DNA of 64,000 nt, taken from NCBI GenBank assembly GCA_030602805.1, contig JAUVZA010000001.1:2426-66425 (forward strand). Direction: 5' to 3'. A model generated the notes under the pieces. It ran no database searches. It saw nothing but the letters and a program-made list of their open reading frames with translations, and was not told the origin of the DNA. Below, piece by piece: positions 7,850-19,601 of this stretch. The stretch's first letter is position 1. Every line of letters begins with the position of its first letter. The translations under genes and the position numbers were made by a program. The DNA comes from Dehalococcoidia bacterium. Lineage in GTDB: Bacteria; Chloroflexota; Dehalococcoidia; Dehalococcoidales; JAUVZA01.

Positions 7850-9784
7850 TTACTTTGCCTCTTCCTCCGCTTTCTTAAGTTCCTGGTAAGCTCTGACTAT
7901 CTCCTCAACGGAAGCTTCATCTTCCAATGTGGTGAGGTCACCGATAGTAGCGTCATTAGCCACTGCCTTTAGAACTCGTCGCATTATCTTGCCACTCCTC
8001 GTCTTGGGCAGCTTGGAAACGAAATATATCTCATCAGGAGTGGCTATTGGTCCTACCATGCGCCGCATGTGGTCAGTCAGCTCCTTCTTCAGGCTCACCG
8101 AGGGAGTGCTTCCCTCGTTAAGTATGGCAAAAACTACGATGCTCTCGCCCTTTATCGGGTCAGCTTTGCTCACTACTGCTGCCTCAGCCACCTGGGGATG
8201 GGAGACGGCAGCATCCTCTAGTTCAGCCGTGCCAATCCTGTGGCCGGCAATCTTGAGCACCTCATCAGCTCTCCCTAGAATCCAGAAGTAGCCATCTTTA
8301 TCCTTTATAGCATAGTCGCCTGTGTAGAACATGCCTGGAAATCTTGACCAATAAGCCTCTTTATACCGCTCCGGGTTGCCGTAGATGCCAAGAAGCATCC
8401 CTGGCCACGGTTTCCTTATCACCAAGAGTCCTCGCTCCTCAGGGTTGACCAGCTCACCACTTTCATTGACCACAGCTGCGTCTACTCCGGGCAGGGGGAA
8501 GGTTGCTGAGCCGGGCTTTAGTGGAACACATTCTATCCCGGGGGTGGGCGATATCATGATGCCACCGGTTTCGGTCTGCCACCAGGTATCAACTATAGGG
8601 CACCTCTCACCCCCTATATGCTGGTAATACCATAGCCAGGCTTCTGGGTTGATGGACTCACCGACACTCCCTAGTAGCTCCAGGCTGCTCAGGTCATGCC
8701 TCTTTGACCAATCCTCACCATATCTCATGAACATCCTGATAGCGGTGGGAGAGGTATAGAATATGGTAACCCCGTATTTCTCGATTATGTTCCACCACCG
8801 GTCAAGCGAGGGATAATCTGGTGCCCCTTCATAAAGGACTATAGCGGCGCCATGTGCCAGAGGGGCATAGACTATCGAACTATGTCCGGTAACCCAACCC
8901 ACGTCAGCAGTACACCAGTAGACCGATTCTTCTTTCAGGTCAAAGGCCCACTTGTAGGCACAGTAGTTCTGGACAAGGTAACCTCCAGTGCTATGAACTA
9001 TCCCCTTAGGCTTACCTGTGGTACCTGATGTGTAAAGTATGTAGAGCGGGTGGTTCGACTCTACCGGCACAGGTTCAACAAATGGCGCTGCCTTCTCGAG
9101 CAAGTCCTGAAGCCAGAAGTCCCTCGACTGTTTCATAGCCACAGGCTTGCCTGTTCTTCTTACTACAATAGTCTTTTCCACCGAAGGGCTCAGGGCAACA
9201 GCGTCGTCGGCTATCTCCTTGAGTGGCACGACCTTTCCTCTCCTGAATCCACCGTCGGCGGTTACCAGCAATTTGGCCTCTATGTCATTGATCCTATCGG
9301 CCAGAGCCTGAGCACTGAAACCTGAAAAAATGACGGTGTGTATGGCACCGAGCCTAGCACAGGCAAGCATAAATATAGGGAGCTCAGGTATCATAGGAAG
9401 GTACAGGGCTACCCTATCCCCTTTTGTCACCCCGGCACTTCTCAGGATGGAAGCAAACTTGTTGACCTCACTGTATAGCGTTGAATAGCTAAGGACTCTG
9501 ACGTCTCCTGGTTCACCTTCCCAATATATGGCTACCTTACTCTTCCGCCAAGTCTTGACATGACGATCGACACATATATATGATGCGTTCAGTTGTCCGC
9601 CTACAAACCACCTAGCGAAGGGCGGTTCCCATTCCAGCACCTTGCTCCAGGTTTTGAACCAATCCAGCTGGCGTGCCTGTTCAGCCCAGAATTCCTCTGG
9701 CTCTCTTATTGACCTCTCGTAGACATCGAAAAGCTTCTTCACAGGCCAATATCTCGACTCAAAAGGCAGCGATAAATGTGACAT
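7850..9784 (-). CDS. acs: Acetyl-CoA synthetase (acetate--CoA ligase, AMP-forming)
   Basis: 644 aa. YTSGTTGKPKG AMP-binding motif, full-length Acs-like N-terminus (FWAEQA...) and C-terminal PKTRSGKIMRR. Confidence 0.95.
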   Translation of the reverse strand: MSHLSLPFESRYWPVKKLFDVYERSIREPEEFWAEQARQLDWFKTWSKVLEWEPPFARWFVGGQLNASYICVDRHVKTWRKSKVAIYWEGEPGDVRVLSYSTLYSEVNKFASILRSAGVTKGDRVALYLPMIPELPIFMLACARLGAIHTVIFSGFSAQALADRINDIEAKLLVTADGGFRRGKVVPLKEIADDAVALSPSVEKTIVVRRTGKPVAMKQSRDFWLQDLLEKAAPFVEPVPVESNHPLYILYTSGTTGKPKGIVHSTGGYLVQNYCAYKWAFDLKEESVYWCTADVGWVTGHSSIVYAPLAHGAAIVLYEGAPDYPSLDRWWNIIEKYGVTIFYTSPTAIRMFMRYGEDWSKRHDLSSLELLGSVGESINPEAWLWYYQHIGGERCPIVDTWWQTETGGIMISPTPGIECVPLKPGSATFPLPGVDAAVVNESGELVNPEERGLLVIRKPWPGMLLGIYGNPERYKEAYWSRFPGMFYTGDYAIKDKDGYFWILGRADEVLKIAGHRIGTAELEDAAVSHPQVAEAAVVSKADPIKGESIVVFAILNEGSTPSVSLKKELTDHMRRMVGPIATPDEIYFVSKLPKTRSGKIMRRVLKAVANDATIGDLTTLEDEASVEEIVRAYQELKKAEEEAK

Positions 9785-9877
9785 ATCCTGATTCCTTTCT
9801 AACCTTGCTGTTCCTCTTCTTTCAGCAGGTCACTGAATACCTCAGTATGCTCAATTCTTGGATTGCCGCTAATAGGA

Positions 9878-10171
9878 CTACTTTCCCTCTAATAATTCAG
9901 CAATCTCTACCTTCCCCTTTTTGATATACTCCGCCTGCTTGGGGTCGAGAATTCCCAGTAGTGCCAGGAATTCCCCTACATGCTCCTTTTCATCATCCCG
10001 AGCATGGGCTAGCACTTTCTTAGCTCGCTCATCGTTAGTAGCGTCAATATGAGCTTGGTAGACAGCAACAGCATCCAGCTCGGCGGCTATATCTTGCATT
10101 ATAGCCCTCGCTAGCTCAGCGGCGTTCATCTTTCGGAGCACCAAAGTCCCAAAAGGATTACTGAAGTCCAT
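9878..10171 (-). CDS. Small ferritin-like protein of the encapsulated-ferritin (EncFtn) type
   Basis: 97 aa. AAELDAVAVYQAHIDAT...AHARDDEKEH aligns by eye with the EncFtn core (EELEAVDWY...HNRDEEKEH), including the Glu/Glu/His iron ligands. Confidence 0.65.
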   Translation of the reverse strand: MDFSNPFGTLVLRKMNAAELARAIMQDIAAELDAVAVYQAHIDATNDERAKKVLAHARDDEKEHVGEFLALLGILDPKQAEYIKKGKVEIAELLEGK

Positions 10172-10224
10172 TTTTCACCTCCTTTACTTTATTTTCTCAG
10201 GTTTGATTGCAGAGTATAAGTCCC

Positions 10225-10602
10225 TTAGCTAGATTTCCATAAACCGTGAATGCTGCAATACTCTCTGGCGGTTACTTTTTGCGGCTTTATGTCGAACTCT
10301 GCCTCCGGTTTTTCTCCTGGCTTAAGAAATATCCGGCAACTCTTGCCGTCAGCGATTATTTCTACCCACTCTATGTAGTGCTTTTCCTCCATTGGGTGGG
10401 GAATATCGCCAACCTTGACCTTTATTCCGTTATCTGTTGCCTCAATCACCGGTACATGCTTTTCCAGGCCAGCATCCGTTGCTTTCTCCTGGAGTAACTC
10501 CATTGGCTGCCCGCAACAGACTAGCTCCCCTTCCCCTGTATGCAGCACTTCGGTAATATTGCCGCAAACATTACACCTATAGACCTGCTTTTGTACTGTC
10601 AT
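10225..10602 (-). CDS. dfx: Desulfoferrodoxin (2Fe superoxide reductase)
   Basis: 125 aa. N-terminal desulforedoxin motif [12 protein letters not shown]...LVCCGQPM, followed by an SOR domain with HVPVIE and a C-terminal Cys/His. Confidence 0.9.
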   Translation of the reverse strand: MTVQKQVYRCNVCGNITEVLHTGEGELVCCGQPMELLQEKATDAGLEKHVPVIEATDNGIKVKVGDIPHPMEEKHYIEWVEIIADGKSCRIFLKPGEKPEAEFDIKPQKVTAREYCSIHGLWKSS

Positions 10603-10616
10603 GTTTTATACCTCCT

Positions 10617-11300
10617 TTATTCTATTTTTTCAAACTCATCCTTAGCTGCCCCACAGACAGGGCACACCCAGTCGTCTGGTATTTCCTCAAAGGGTGTTCC
10701 CGGTTTTATGCCGCCATCGGGGTCTCCCAGTTCAGGGTCGTAAATATAGCCACAAACGGTACATTTGTATTTTGGCACTTTGGCTACCTCCTTCTTCTCT
10801 TCAACATAGCTGGGAGCTGTCTTAGGCGTGGTGCCCCGTTTGACCTGATGGTAATAGGCATAGGTCATTGGTTCGCCTTCTTTAATAACATCTGCTCCCA
10901 CAAGCTCTCCAACAAAGATAGTATGAGTGCCCACATCCATCTCTTGAATTATCCTGGCTTCCAGATAAGCTAAGGTATTGTCAGTAACCACTGGAGCCTG
11001 GGTCTCACCTATTTTATAACTAATGCCCTCGAGTTTATCTATGTCCCTGCCTGACTTGAAGCCGAAGTGACCAATAAAAGAGAGAGGTGTATCCTGGGAA
11101 AGAATAGAAGCTGTAAAGACCTTGCTTTCCTTAATAAACTCGTGGGTTAGATTGTTTTTGTTGATGCTCACGGCAATAGTTGGCGGCTCAGAAGTTATTT
11201 GAAACACCGTATTAGCGATTTGCCCGTTGAGTCTATCTCCCTTTCTTGAGCTCACTACATACAAGCCGTAACCTAACTTATATAAAGCCTTAACATTCAT
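10617..11300 (-). CDS. Flavin-reductase domain fused to rubredoxin (high-molecular-weight rubredoxin type)
   Basis: C-terminal rubredoxin motif [13 protein letters not shown]...[16 protein letters not shown]-terminal flavin reductase-like domain. Start moved to ATG 11300, which has GGAGA 7 nt upstream; the track ORF extends to 11336. Confidence 0.85.
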   Translation of the reverse strand: MNVKALYKLGYGLYVVSSRKGDRLNGQIANTVFQITSEPPTIAVSINKNNLTHEFIKESKVFTASILSQDTPLSFIGHFGFKSGRDIDKLEGISYKIGETQAPVVTDNTLAYLEARIIQEMDVGTHTIFVGELVGADVIKEGEPMTYAYYHQVKRGTTPKTAPSYVEEKKEVAKVPKYKCTVCGYIYDPELGDPDGGIKPGTPFEEIPDDWVCPVCGAAKDEFEKIE

Positions 11301-11396
11301 TATTAGTCTCCAGGTCAAGCTTTTGAATTCCGGCAAAGGCAGCCTCTAGGTTCTTCTAGGTCCCGCTTCCTTTGAGTTCCATTAGTTTCTCCTTTC

Positions 11397-11627
11397 CTAC
11401 TTGGATTTCCTGATATAAACCTTGTATCCTCTGGCTTCTTCTTCAACACCTAAAAACTCATTTCCTGTGGCGTGGCACCAGGCGGGCATGTCCTGTTTTA
11501 TCCCTATATCATCAGCCGCCACTTCCAGAACCTCCCCCTGCCTCAGCTCTTTAATCTTCTCAGCGGTTTTAACAATCGGCATAGGACAATACAAGCCTAT
11601 GCAGTCTAAGCTTTGGTCGGCCTTCAT
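11397..11627 (-). CDS. TusA/SirA-like sulfurtransferase
   Basis: 76 aa with the signature LDCIGLYCPMPIVKT. Confidence 0.85.
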   Translation of the reverse strand: MKADQSLDCIGLYCPMPIVKTAEKIKELRQGEVLEVAADDIGIKQDMPAWCHATGNEFLGVEEEARGYKVYIRKSK

Positions 11628-11662
11628 CTTCTCCTCCTTGATTTGCCTCAGTGATTGTCTAA

Positions 11663-12151
11663 TTAGATAAAAAGGGTAACCTTTGATTCACGCGCCTCAC
11701 CCAAGAAATAACCGGCGCCGGCCAAACTATCAACCTCACTGCGGAAAGTATCCTTTTCTGGAGACAAGCCCATCACTCCGCAGGTAGTGGTGCAAGCAAC
11801 AAGTTTTACCCCCATTTGATGTGCCATAGTGATATACTCATCTATGGACGGCATATTAGTATCCTTCATCAGCCTCTTCATCATCCAGGTACCCAGGCCA
11901 AACATATTGCGCTTGGAAAGCTTCAGTCTCTTGGAGCCGCCCCGGTTGATAAGGTTCAGCATCTTCCTCATTATCCCTCGGCTTTTGATTGAGCCCTCAT
12001 TTCTCTTAATGATGTTTAGACCCCAGAAGGTGAAGAACACGCTCACCTCCATCCCCATAGCGGCACCAGTGATAGCCAGCATAAAAGCGGCTAAAGCCCG
12101 CTCTAGGTCCCCGCTTAAGACAGCTATGGTTAGCTTTTCCCTCTCTGCCAT
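11663..12151 (-). CDS. DsrE/DsrF-like family protein
   Basis: 162 aa. The pattern KLTIAVLSGDLERALAAF...VFFTFWGL is typical of the DsrE2-like family. It is paired with the TusA-like gene. Confidence 0.7.
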   Translation of the reverse strand: MAEREKLTIAVLSGDLERALAAFMLAITGAAMGMEVSVFFTFWGLNIIKRNEGSIKSRGIMRKMLNLINRGGSKRLKLSKRNMFGLGTWMMKRLMKDTNMPSIDEYITMAHQMGVKLVACTTTCGVMGLSPEKDTFRSEVDSLAGAGYFLGEARESKVTLFI

Positions 12152-12178
12152 TTAGTTCCTCCTCCTTTATAGACGATT

Positions 12179-12373
12179 TCAGCCCCGAATCTCAGCCCCG
12201 CAATGAGGGCATACCTCATTGCCCCGGAGTAATGGCTTTCGGCACTCAGGACAATAGAATACGGTTATTCCACAAGCCTGGCAGTAAGGTAGAGCAGATA
12301 TGACTAGCTCGTCTTCACAGTAGGGGCAAAAACACTTCCTCTGCTTTTCCTTTGGCTCTTCACTCCTTTTCAT
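12179..12373 (-). CDS. Double zinc-ribbon protein
   Basis: 64 aa with four CxxC pairs (CPYC, CQAC, CPEC, CPHC). Overlaps the upstream gene stop by 14 nt. Confidence 0.5.
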   Translation of the reverse strand: MKRSEEPKEKQRKCFCPYCEDELVISALPYCQACGITVFYCPECRKPLLRGNEVCPHCGAEIRG

Positions 12374-12776
12374 CTTTCCTCCTCTTTTTGCTTTTCACCT
12401 TTTTGCCCGGCTTCTTCAGGTAGTCATCAATAGCCTTATTCAGGGCTTGAGCGCCGAGGTTGGAGCAATGATACTTGTTTTTGGGCAGCCCTTCTAGCTC
12501 CTGAGCTACCAGCGCTGGGGTTATCTTTCTCGCCTTCTCCAGCGTCTTTCCCATAGCCATCTCGCTCACGATACTGGAGACGGCGATGGCGGCGCCGCAG
12601 CCGAAGGTCTTGAACTTGACATCGCTGAGTTGGTTATCGTCCACCTTGATGTAGAAGGTCATCATATCCCCACAAACAGGGTTTCCCACCTCACCGATAC
12701 CATCTGGGTTCTCAATCTCCCCCACATTGCGGGGGTTCATGAAGTGTTCCATCACTTTGTCGCTGTAAACGGGCAT
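12360..12776 (-). CDS. IscU/NifU N-terminal-type Fe-S cluster scaffold
   Basis: 138 aa. The motifs YSDKVMEHFMNPRNVG, GNPVCGD, FGCGAAIA and HCSNL give the three scaffold Cys. Lys-rich tail. Confidence 0.9.
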   Translation of the reverse strand: MPVYSDKVMEHFMNPRNVGEIENPDGIGEVGNPVCGDMMTFYIKVDDNQLSDVKFKTFGCGAAIAVSSIVSEMAMGKTLEKARKITPALVAQELEGLPKNKYHCSNLGAQALNKAIDDYLKKPGKKVKSKKRRKDEKE

Positions 12777-12777
12777 C

Positions 12778-13965
12778 TTACCTCCCTCCCCTCTCTCCTT
12801 TCAGGAATTTAGCATAAAGTGGCGACATCTGCCGCAGCTTATCAACGATGGGCGGCATCGCTTCTAAGACATAGTCCACATCCTCCTCAGTATTCTCCAG
12901 ACCGAGGCTGAAAAGTAGCGAGCCTTGTGCTATTTCAGGGGGAATCCCCATGGCGGTGAGAACATGGGATGCCTTGAGCGCCCTCGAGGTGCAGGCCGAG
13001 CCACTGGAGGCAGCGACACCTTTGCTAGAGAGGAGCATCAGCGTCGCCTCCCCCTCGATGAACTCGATACAGAAGCTGGCATTTCCGGGGAGGCGCTGGG
13101 TGGGATGTCCAGTGAGGGTCACATGCTCGTTCCGGGACAGTAGGCCCCCGATCAACCTGTTGCGCAGGGCAGAGAGATGCTCCATCCTGGACTCCATCTC
13201 CTCCTTGGCCAGCTCAGCAGCTTTTCCCAGACCGACAATCGCCGGCACATTCTCGGTCCCGGCTCTCCGTCCTCCCTCCTGCACTCCACCATCGAGGAAG
13301 GGAATGATGCGCACCCCCTTCTTGACCCAGAGGGCACCGATTCCTTTGGGCCCGTAAAGCTGATTACCAGCCAGGCTTAAAGCATCTACTGTCAATTCCT
13401 TTACATTCACCGGGATGGTACCAGTGGTGGCCACGGCATCAGTGTGAAAAATCGCCCCCGCTTCTTTCGCTAACCTCGCTATCTCCCTGATGGGCTGGAT
13501 GGTGCCCACTTCACCGTTGGCGTGCATCACCGAGACCAGAATGGTATCCTCCCTTATGTTTTTGGCTACGTCTTCGCGGTCCACCAACCCGCACCTATCC
13601 ACCGGCACCAGGGTAAGCTCGAAGCCCCATTTCTCCAGGGTTCTGGCAGAATGCAATACTGAGAAGTGCTCAATTGCGGAGATAACTATATGCTTGCCCT
13701 TAGATTGCTGAGCCATCGCCAACCCTTTAATAGCTAAGTTGTTCGACTCAGTGCCACTGGAGGTAAAGATAATTTCCTCTGGCTGGGCGCCGATGAGGTC
13801 CGCCACCCTGCCCCGGGCATCCTCTATAGCTTCCCTGGCATCATCTCCCCAACCGTGCAGAGATTGGGGATTGCCATAAGCATCCTTGAAATAGGGCAGT
13901 ATAGCCTCCAGCACTTCGGGCAATATAGGAGTGGTGGCAGCATGGTCCAAGTAAACCTTCCTCAT
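12778..13965 (-). CDS. Cysteine desulfurase (NifS/IscS class I)
   Basis: 395 aa. [10 protein letters not shown]-terminus, a PLP-Lys region and the active-site loop SSGSACTS. Directly upstream of the scaffold gene. Confidence 0.9.
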   Translation of the reverse strand: MRKVYLDHAATTPILPEVLEAILPYFKDAYGNPQSLHGWGDDAREAIEDARGRVADLIGAQPEEIIFTSSGTESNNLAIKGLAMAQQSKGKHIVISAIEHFSVLHSARTLEKWGFELTLVPVDRCGLVDREDVAKNIREDTILVSVMHANGEVGTIQPIREIARLAKEAGAIFHTDAVATTGTIPVNVKELTVDALSLAGNQLYGPKGIGALWVKKGVRIIPFLDGGVQEGGRRAGTENVPAIVGLGKAAELAKEEMESRMEHLSALRNRLIGGLLSRNEHVTLTGHPTQRLPGNASFCIEFIEGEATLMLLSSKGVAASSGSACTSRALKASHVLTAMGIPPEIAQGSLLFSLGLENTEEDVDYVLEAMPPIVDKLRQMSPLYAKFLKGERGGR

Positions 13966-13993
13966 TTTCTGCCTCCAGGATTTCTAGTCTTAT

Positions 13994-14530
13994 TTAGCCA
14001 CCATCCAGAGATGGGTGTTCTTTCCTAACAAACCACCCTGCTGGGTCTTTGAGGTACTCGTAGTAGTCAAGCAGAATTAGATGATGTTCCCTTTCTTCGG
14101 CAGCCAAGGTCTCATAAAAGTCTCTCTCAGCATCATAGGTAGCATTTCCCCCCTGGCTTTTGTAGAAATCATTGGTCTTATTTTCCATGTCCATGGCTGT
14201 TTGTATGGCATCAACCTCGGTGGGTAGAGCCTTTATATTGGAGCCAATTTCCTCGGTTGCCCTGGCAAATATGGTTCTCAGTCTTTTGCCTCCATCAGGC
14301 TGAAAGTCAGTCGTGGGCCAAGCCTTTTTACTTCGTATAGCACTGTATATCTCCTCAAACTTCTGCCGGTGAGTGTCTTCTTCTGTGGCTAGTGACTCCA
14401 GCAGTTTCTTACCCAGCTCATTATTACTTTCCTGGCTAGCTTTCAGATAGTATTCCTTGCCATCAATTTCCATCTGGGTAGCAATTTGAAGTGCTTTTAG
14501 AGTTTTATTCTGTTCGTTTTCCATACTCAT
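13994..14530 (-). CDS. Rubrerythrin-family ferritin-like diiron protein (no rubredoxin domain)
   Basis: 178 aa with duplicated E...ExxH-type helices (EIDGKEYY...EEDTHRQ; MENKTNDFY...EEREHH). Confidence 0.75.
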   Translation of the reverse strand: MSMENEQNKTLKALQIATQMEIDGKEYYLKASQESNNELGKKLLESLATEEDTHRQKFEEIYSAIRSKKAWPTTDFQPDGGKRLRTIFARATEEIGSNIKALPTEVDAIQTAMDMENKTNDFYKSQGGNATYDAERDFYETLAAEEREHHLILLDYYEYLKDPAGWFVRKEHPSLDGG

Positions 14531-14906
14531 CCTCCTTTAGCTTATTGTCTCAACTGAGGTCCCGCTTCCCAGACCTTTAGGTGGCGTATTAACAAATAAT
14601 GCATTTCCTCAAAAAGCAAGAGATGCCAACCTTTACTTTGACTGGCATCTCCCAGTACTCTAGTGGATACCTCCGCCAGTAACTACGTTACAACAGCCTC
14701 CCGCGTAGGGCAGAAACTCTGCATAGAACATAACTGCCTACCCACTCCGAGATTTACTTAAATATCTTACTTGTATTCAGTTGTCAATGTCTACCGGGAT
14801 TATGGAGTGTAACGAATAATAGACCTAAGTTTTCTCCTTGTCAATACATCTTACAGCCTAATTCTCTTCAATCTCAGGGCGCACGTTGAGTCCTTAGCCA
14901 TCTCTT

Positions 14907-17375
<2,469 letters not shown>

Positions 17376-17495
17376 CTACTGATAGCCTCCTTCCTGACCT
17401 CATCAGGCTAGGTCTTACCTAGCGACCAGGAGCTATTAGCTCTTGGTTTCGGCCTACAAGGCTGCGAGAGGGAAATGATAGGTACAAAACACAGG

Positions 17496-17792
17496 TTACA
17501 TCTGGTGACCACCGTGTCCGGCCATCTCATGCCCTCCGCCTCCGGTATACTTGGCAGGGTTTTCATCAAAGGCTTTCTTGCAGCCGGGCGAGCAGAAGTA
17601 GTAGGTCTTGCCTATGTGCTCCGACTTAGCCGGTGCCATCTTCTCATCCACCTCCATGCCACAAACCGGGTCTTTAGCCATCTTTGCCACCTCCTTTTCA
17701 TGCTTCTTCATCAACGCTGGCTCCATCTTCATAGTCTCTTCTTTTTTGCCCCCTCCCCCAAAAAGTTTGCCCAACCAGCCCATACTTGTCAC
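17496..17792 (-). CDS. YHS/TRASH-domain metal-binding protein
   Basis: 98 aa. DPVCGMEVD...YYFCSPGCKKAF is the YHS signature. Gly/His-rich tail. Confidence 0.8.
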   Translation of the reverse strand: MTSMGWLGKLFGGGGKKEETMKMEPALMKKHEKEVAKMAKDPVCGMEVDEKMAPAKSEHIGKTYYFCSPGCKKAFDENPAKYTGGGGHEMAGHGGHQM

Positions 17793-17831
17793 CTCCTTTT
17801 TGTCCTGTTCAGGTATGCTTGTAGCCCTGTC

Positions 17832-17987
17832 TTAAATCTCTCTGTTTAATATTTTCTGCTTCAGGGTTTCCCACTCACTCTTGGTCAGAACGCAGACGTT
17901 GTCCTTCTCACCTATCTCGACATGCTCGTCAGCTATCTTGACTACCGGACAACTTTGACAGGCACTACGTAAGCTCACTATTTTCAC
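17832..17987 (-). CDS. Unannotated 51-aa ORF between csoR and the YHS gene
   Basis: GTG start with GGAGG 8 nt upstream. Translates to MKIVSLRSACQSCPVVKIADEHVEIGEKDNVCVLTKSEWETLKQKILNREI. It fills an otherwise empty operon gap and is below the ORF-track length cutoff. Confidence 0.3.
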   Translation of the reverse strand: MKIVSLRSACQSCPVVKIADEHVEIGEKDNVCVLTKSEWETLKQKILNREI

Positions 17988-18081
17988 CTTTTTCACCTCC
18001 TTTCCAGAAAGAGTTTAGTCGCTATGTTATGTCCGTGAATGTCTTTATTGCGTGAAATCACCATTGAAATCATCACCGGTA

Positions 18082-18387
18082 TTACCGCCTCATAGCCTTA
18101 CGCAGTGTTTCCATCAACTCCCTCATGTGACTCTCGCTATGTTGCTCACGAATGGCATCAGCAACGCAGCCCTCAATGTGATTCTCAAGGATAAGGAGCG
18201 CAACCTCATCAGCCGCTGCACCTAGAGCCGTTATCTGCTGTATGATGTCAATGCAATAACGGTCTTCCTCAATCATTCGCCGAATACCTTTAGCCTGACC
18301 CTCGATTTTCTTCATCCTTGCTAAAAGGGATGGTTTTTCTTTGGTGTATCGGTACTGTCTCGTCATTGTTGTGGGCATCCTGTCCAT
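18082..18387 (-). CDS. csoR: CsoR/RcnR-family metal-sensing repressor
   Basis: 101 aa. The GIRRMIEEDRYCIDIIQQI...ENHIEGCV pattern gives the C-H-C ligand set. First gene of the copper operon. Confidence 0.85.
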   Translation of the reverse strand: MDRMPTTMTRQYRYTKEKPSLLARMKKIEGQAKGIRRMIEEDRYCIDIIQQITALGAAADEVALLILENHIEGCVADAIREQHSESHMRELMETLRKAMRR

Positions 18388-18840
18388 TTTTCTCCTTTCC
18401 AGCCAACAGGGATAAAGCTGGTATGATTAGTAACTATACTGTATACTACCATAGGGTATGCTCCTTGTCAAGTTATTATAGGAGCATCTGACTGATTGTG
18501 CCTGGAATCATCTTCTTGGGTAAAACTGGTAGGCTGGACTATAATAGCTTGATAAGGCATTTTAGGCGGGTGAATGGATGCTCGTATCAAGATTTCTTGT
18601 TAACTAGGGATATGGCTTTTGAGGTTTGGGAAGAACGAAGTATGGTTGAGTGGAGTATTGAACTTGGTGAGTATGAAGGCTTGATTAAGCAAAGTAGTGG
18701 TAAAAGTTAGAAGGTCAAAGGAACGAAGAGAGTTTGTGCCTGAGAACTTTAAGGTAGCGGACTTTAAGGAAGAGATAAAAGTGGTGGTATCTAGTGAATT
18801 TATTTAGGGCTATAATTAAGATAAAAAGGAGGTGACAGTT

Positions 18841-19200
18841 ATGGGCGAGCTGAGTAAGCGGATTGCCTGTGATGCCTATGAGGAAGTGGATAAGGTAGCC
18901 AAAGACGCTTGGGAACGACTTAAAAAGGCACATAAGAAAAAAGATAATTTTGCTGTAGAAGAAGCTATCAAAGATTTCTCTGAGTCAATGGAACTAGTCT
19001 ATGAGGTTTGGCCAAGCATTGTAGAAGAACTAGGGATTGATATGGATACATCAGCTACGAAAACTGGTTACTTGGCAGGTTATTATGAAGCTAAGCGGTT
19101 ACTCCCTGATGCCGATAGAAAGTTTTGGATTAGTAGAGGCGACCATGTTGCGACTAGGACTATGTATAAGGTTAGCCGTATATTTCCGTGGAAGCGCTAA
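18841..19200 (+). CDS. Hypothetical protein
   Basis: ATG at 18841 is preceded by AGGAGG at 8-nt spacing; the track's GTG at 18832 abuts the RBS. No recognisable motif. AT-rich region. Confidence 0.4.
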   Translation: MGELSKRIACDAYEEVDKVAKDAWERLKKAHKKKDNFAVEEAIKDFSESMELVYEVWPSIVEELGIDMDTSATKTGYLAGYYEAKRLLPDADRKFWISRGDHVATRTMYKVSRIFPWKR

Positions 19201-19258
19201 AAATAATTAAGTAAGTAAGAAGTATTGATATATTAGAGTAAGTGTTAGAAGCCCCCAG

Positions 19259-19288
19259 TTGGTAAGCCCGGGGGCTTGGTAGTATAAT
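19259..19288 (+). promoter_or_regulatory. Putative sigma-70 promoter of tRNA-Val
   Basis: TTGGTA-N18-TATAAT, with the -10 box ending 8 nt before the mature tRNA 5' end. A GC hairpin (AGCCCCC...GGGGGCT) overlaps it; its left arm lies 5' of the -35 box and its right arm falls within the -35/-10 spacer. Confidence 0.45.
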
Positions 19289-19296
19289 AGGGATGT

Positions 19297-19372
19297 GGGG
19301 GGTTAGCTCAGTTGGTAGAGTGCTCGGTTCACATCCGAGAGGTCAGAGGTTCAAGTCCTCTACTCCCCACCA
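19297..19372 (+). tRNA. tRNA-Val (anticodon CAC), CCA encoded
   Basis: The cloverleaf was folded by hand. It has a 7-bp acceptor stem (one G-U), D arm GCTC/GAGT, anticodon stem CTCGG/CCGAG with loop TTCACAT, T arm AGAGG-TTCAAGT-CCTCT, discriminator A and CCA. Confidence 0.9.
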
Positions 19373-19601
19373 CACCTAAAAACAGGGGTGGTACTGAACA
19401 ATACGCAGAACTCTCCTTTTTATCCACAAAAGTTTACCAACCGTTTACTGATGGTTTCCAATCACAAACCATTTGTCGTTCTTTCAAGATTAAATACATC
19501 GCCAAAGTGTGCTACTAAGGGAATGTGCTGAAGTAGGATAAAGGTCGAGCGACTGTCAAGGGATATAAATATAGCAATTTGTGATGGATACGCCTCAGTC
19601 A

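Noticed and set aside
9878-10171. Encapsulin nanocompartment system
   Set aside because: Only the small ferritin-like gene is present. No shell gene is in the window and no recognisable targeting peptide is seen.
18425-18460. CsoR operator (ATACTACCATAGGGTAT) upstream of csoR
   Set aside because: Only the outer 4 bp are truly palindromic, and the match to known CsoR boxes is from memory and weak. It is left unannotated.
18498-18710. 70-aa plus-strand ORF, and the 91-aa ORF at 26658-26933
   Set aside because: No RBS, non-ATG or weak starts, and no motifs. They cannot be supported as genes from sequence alone.
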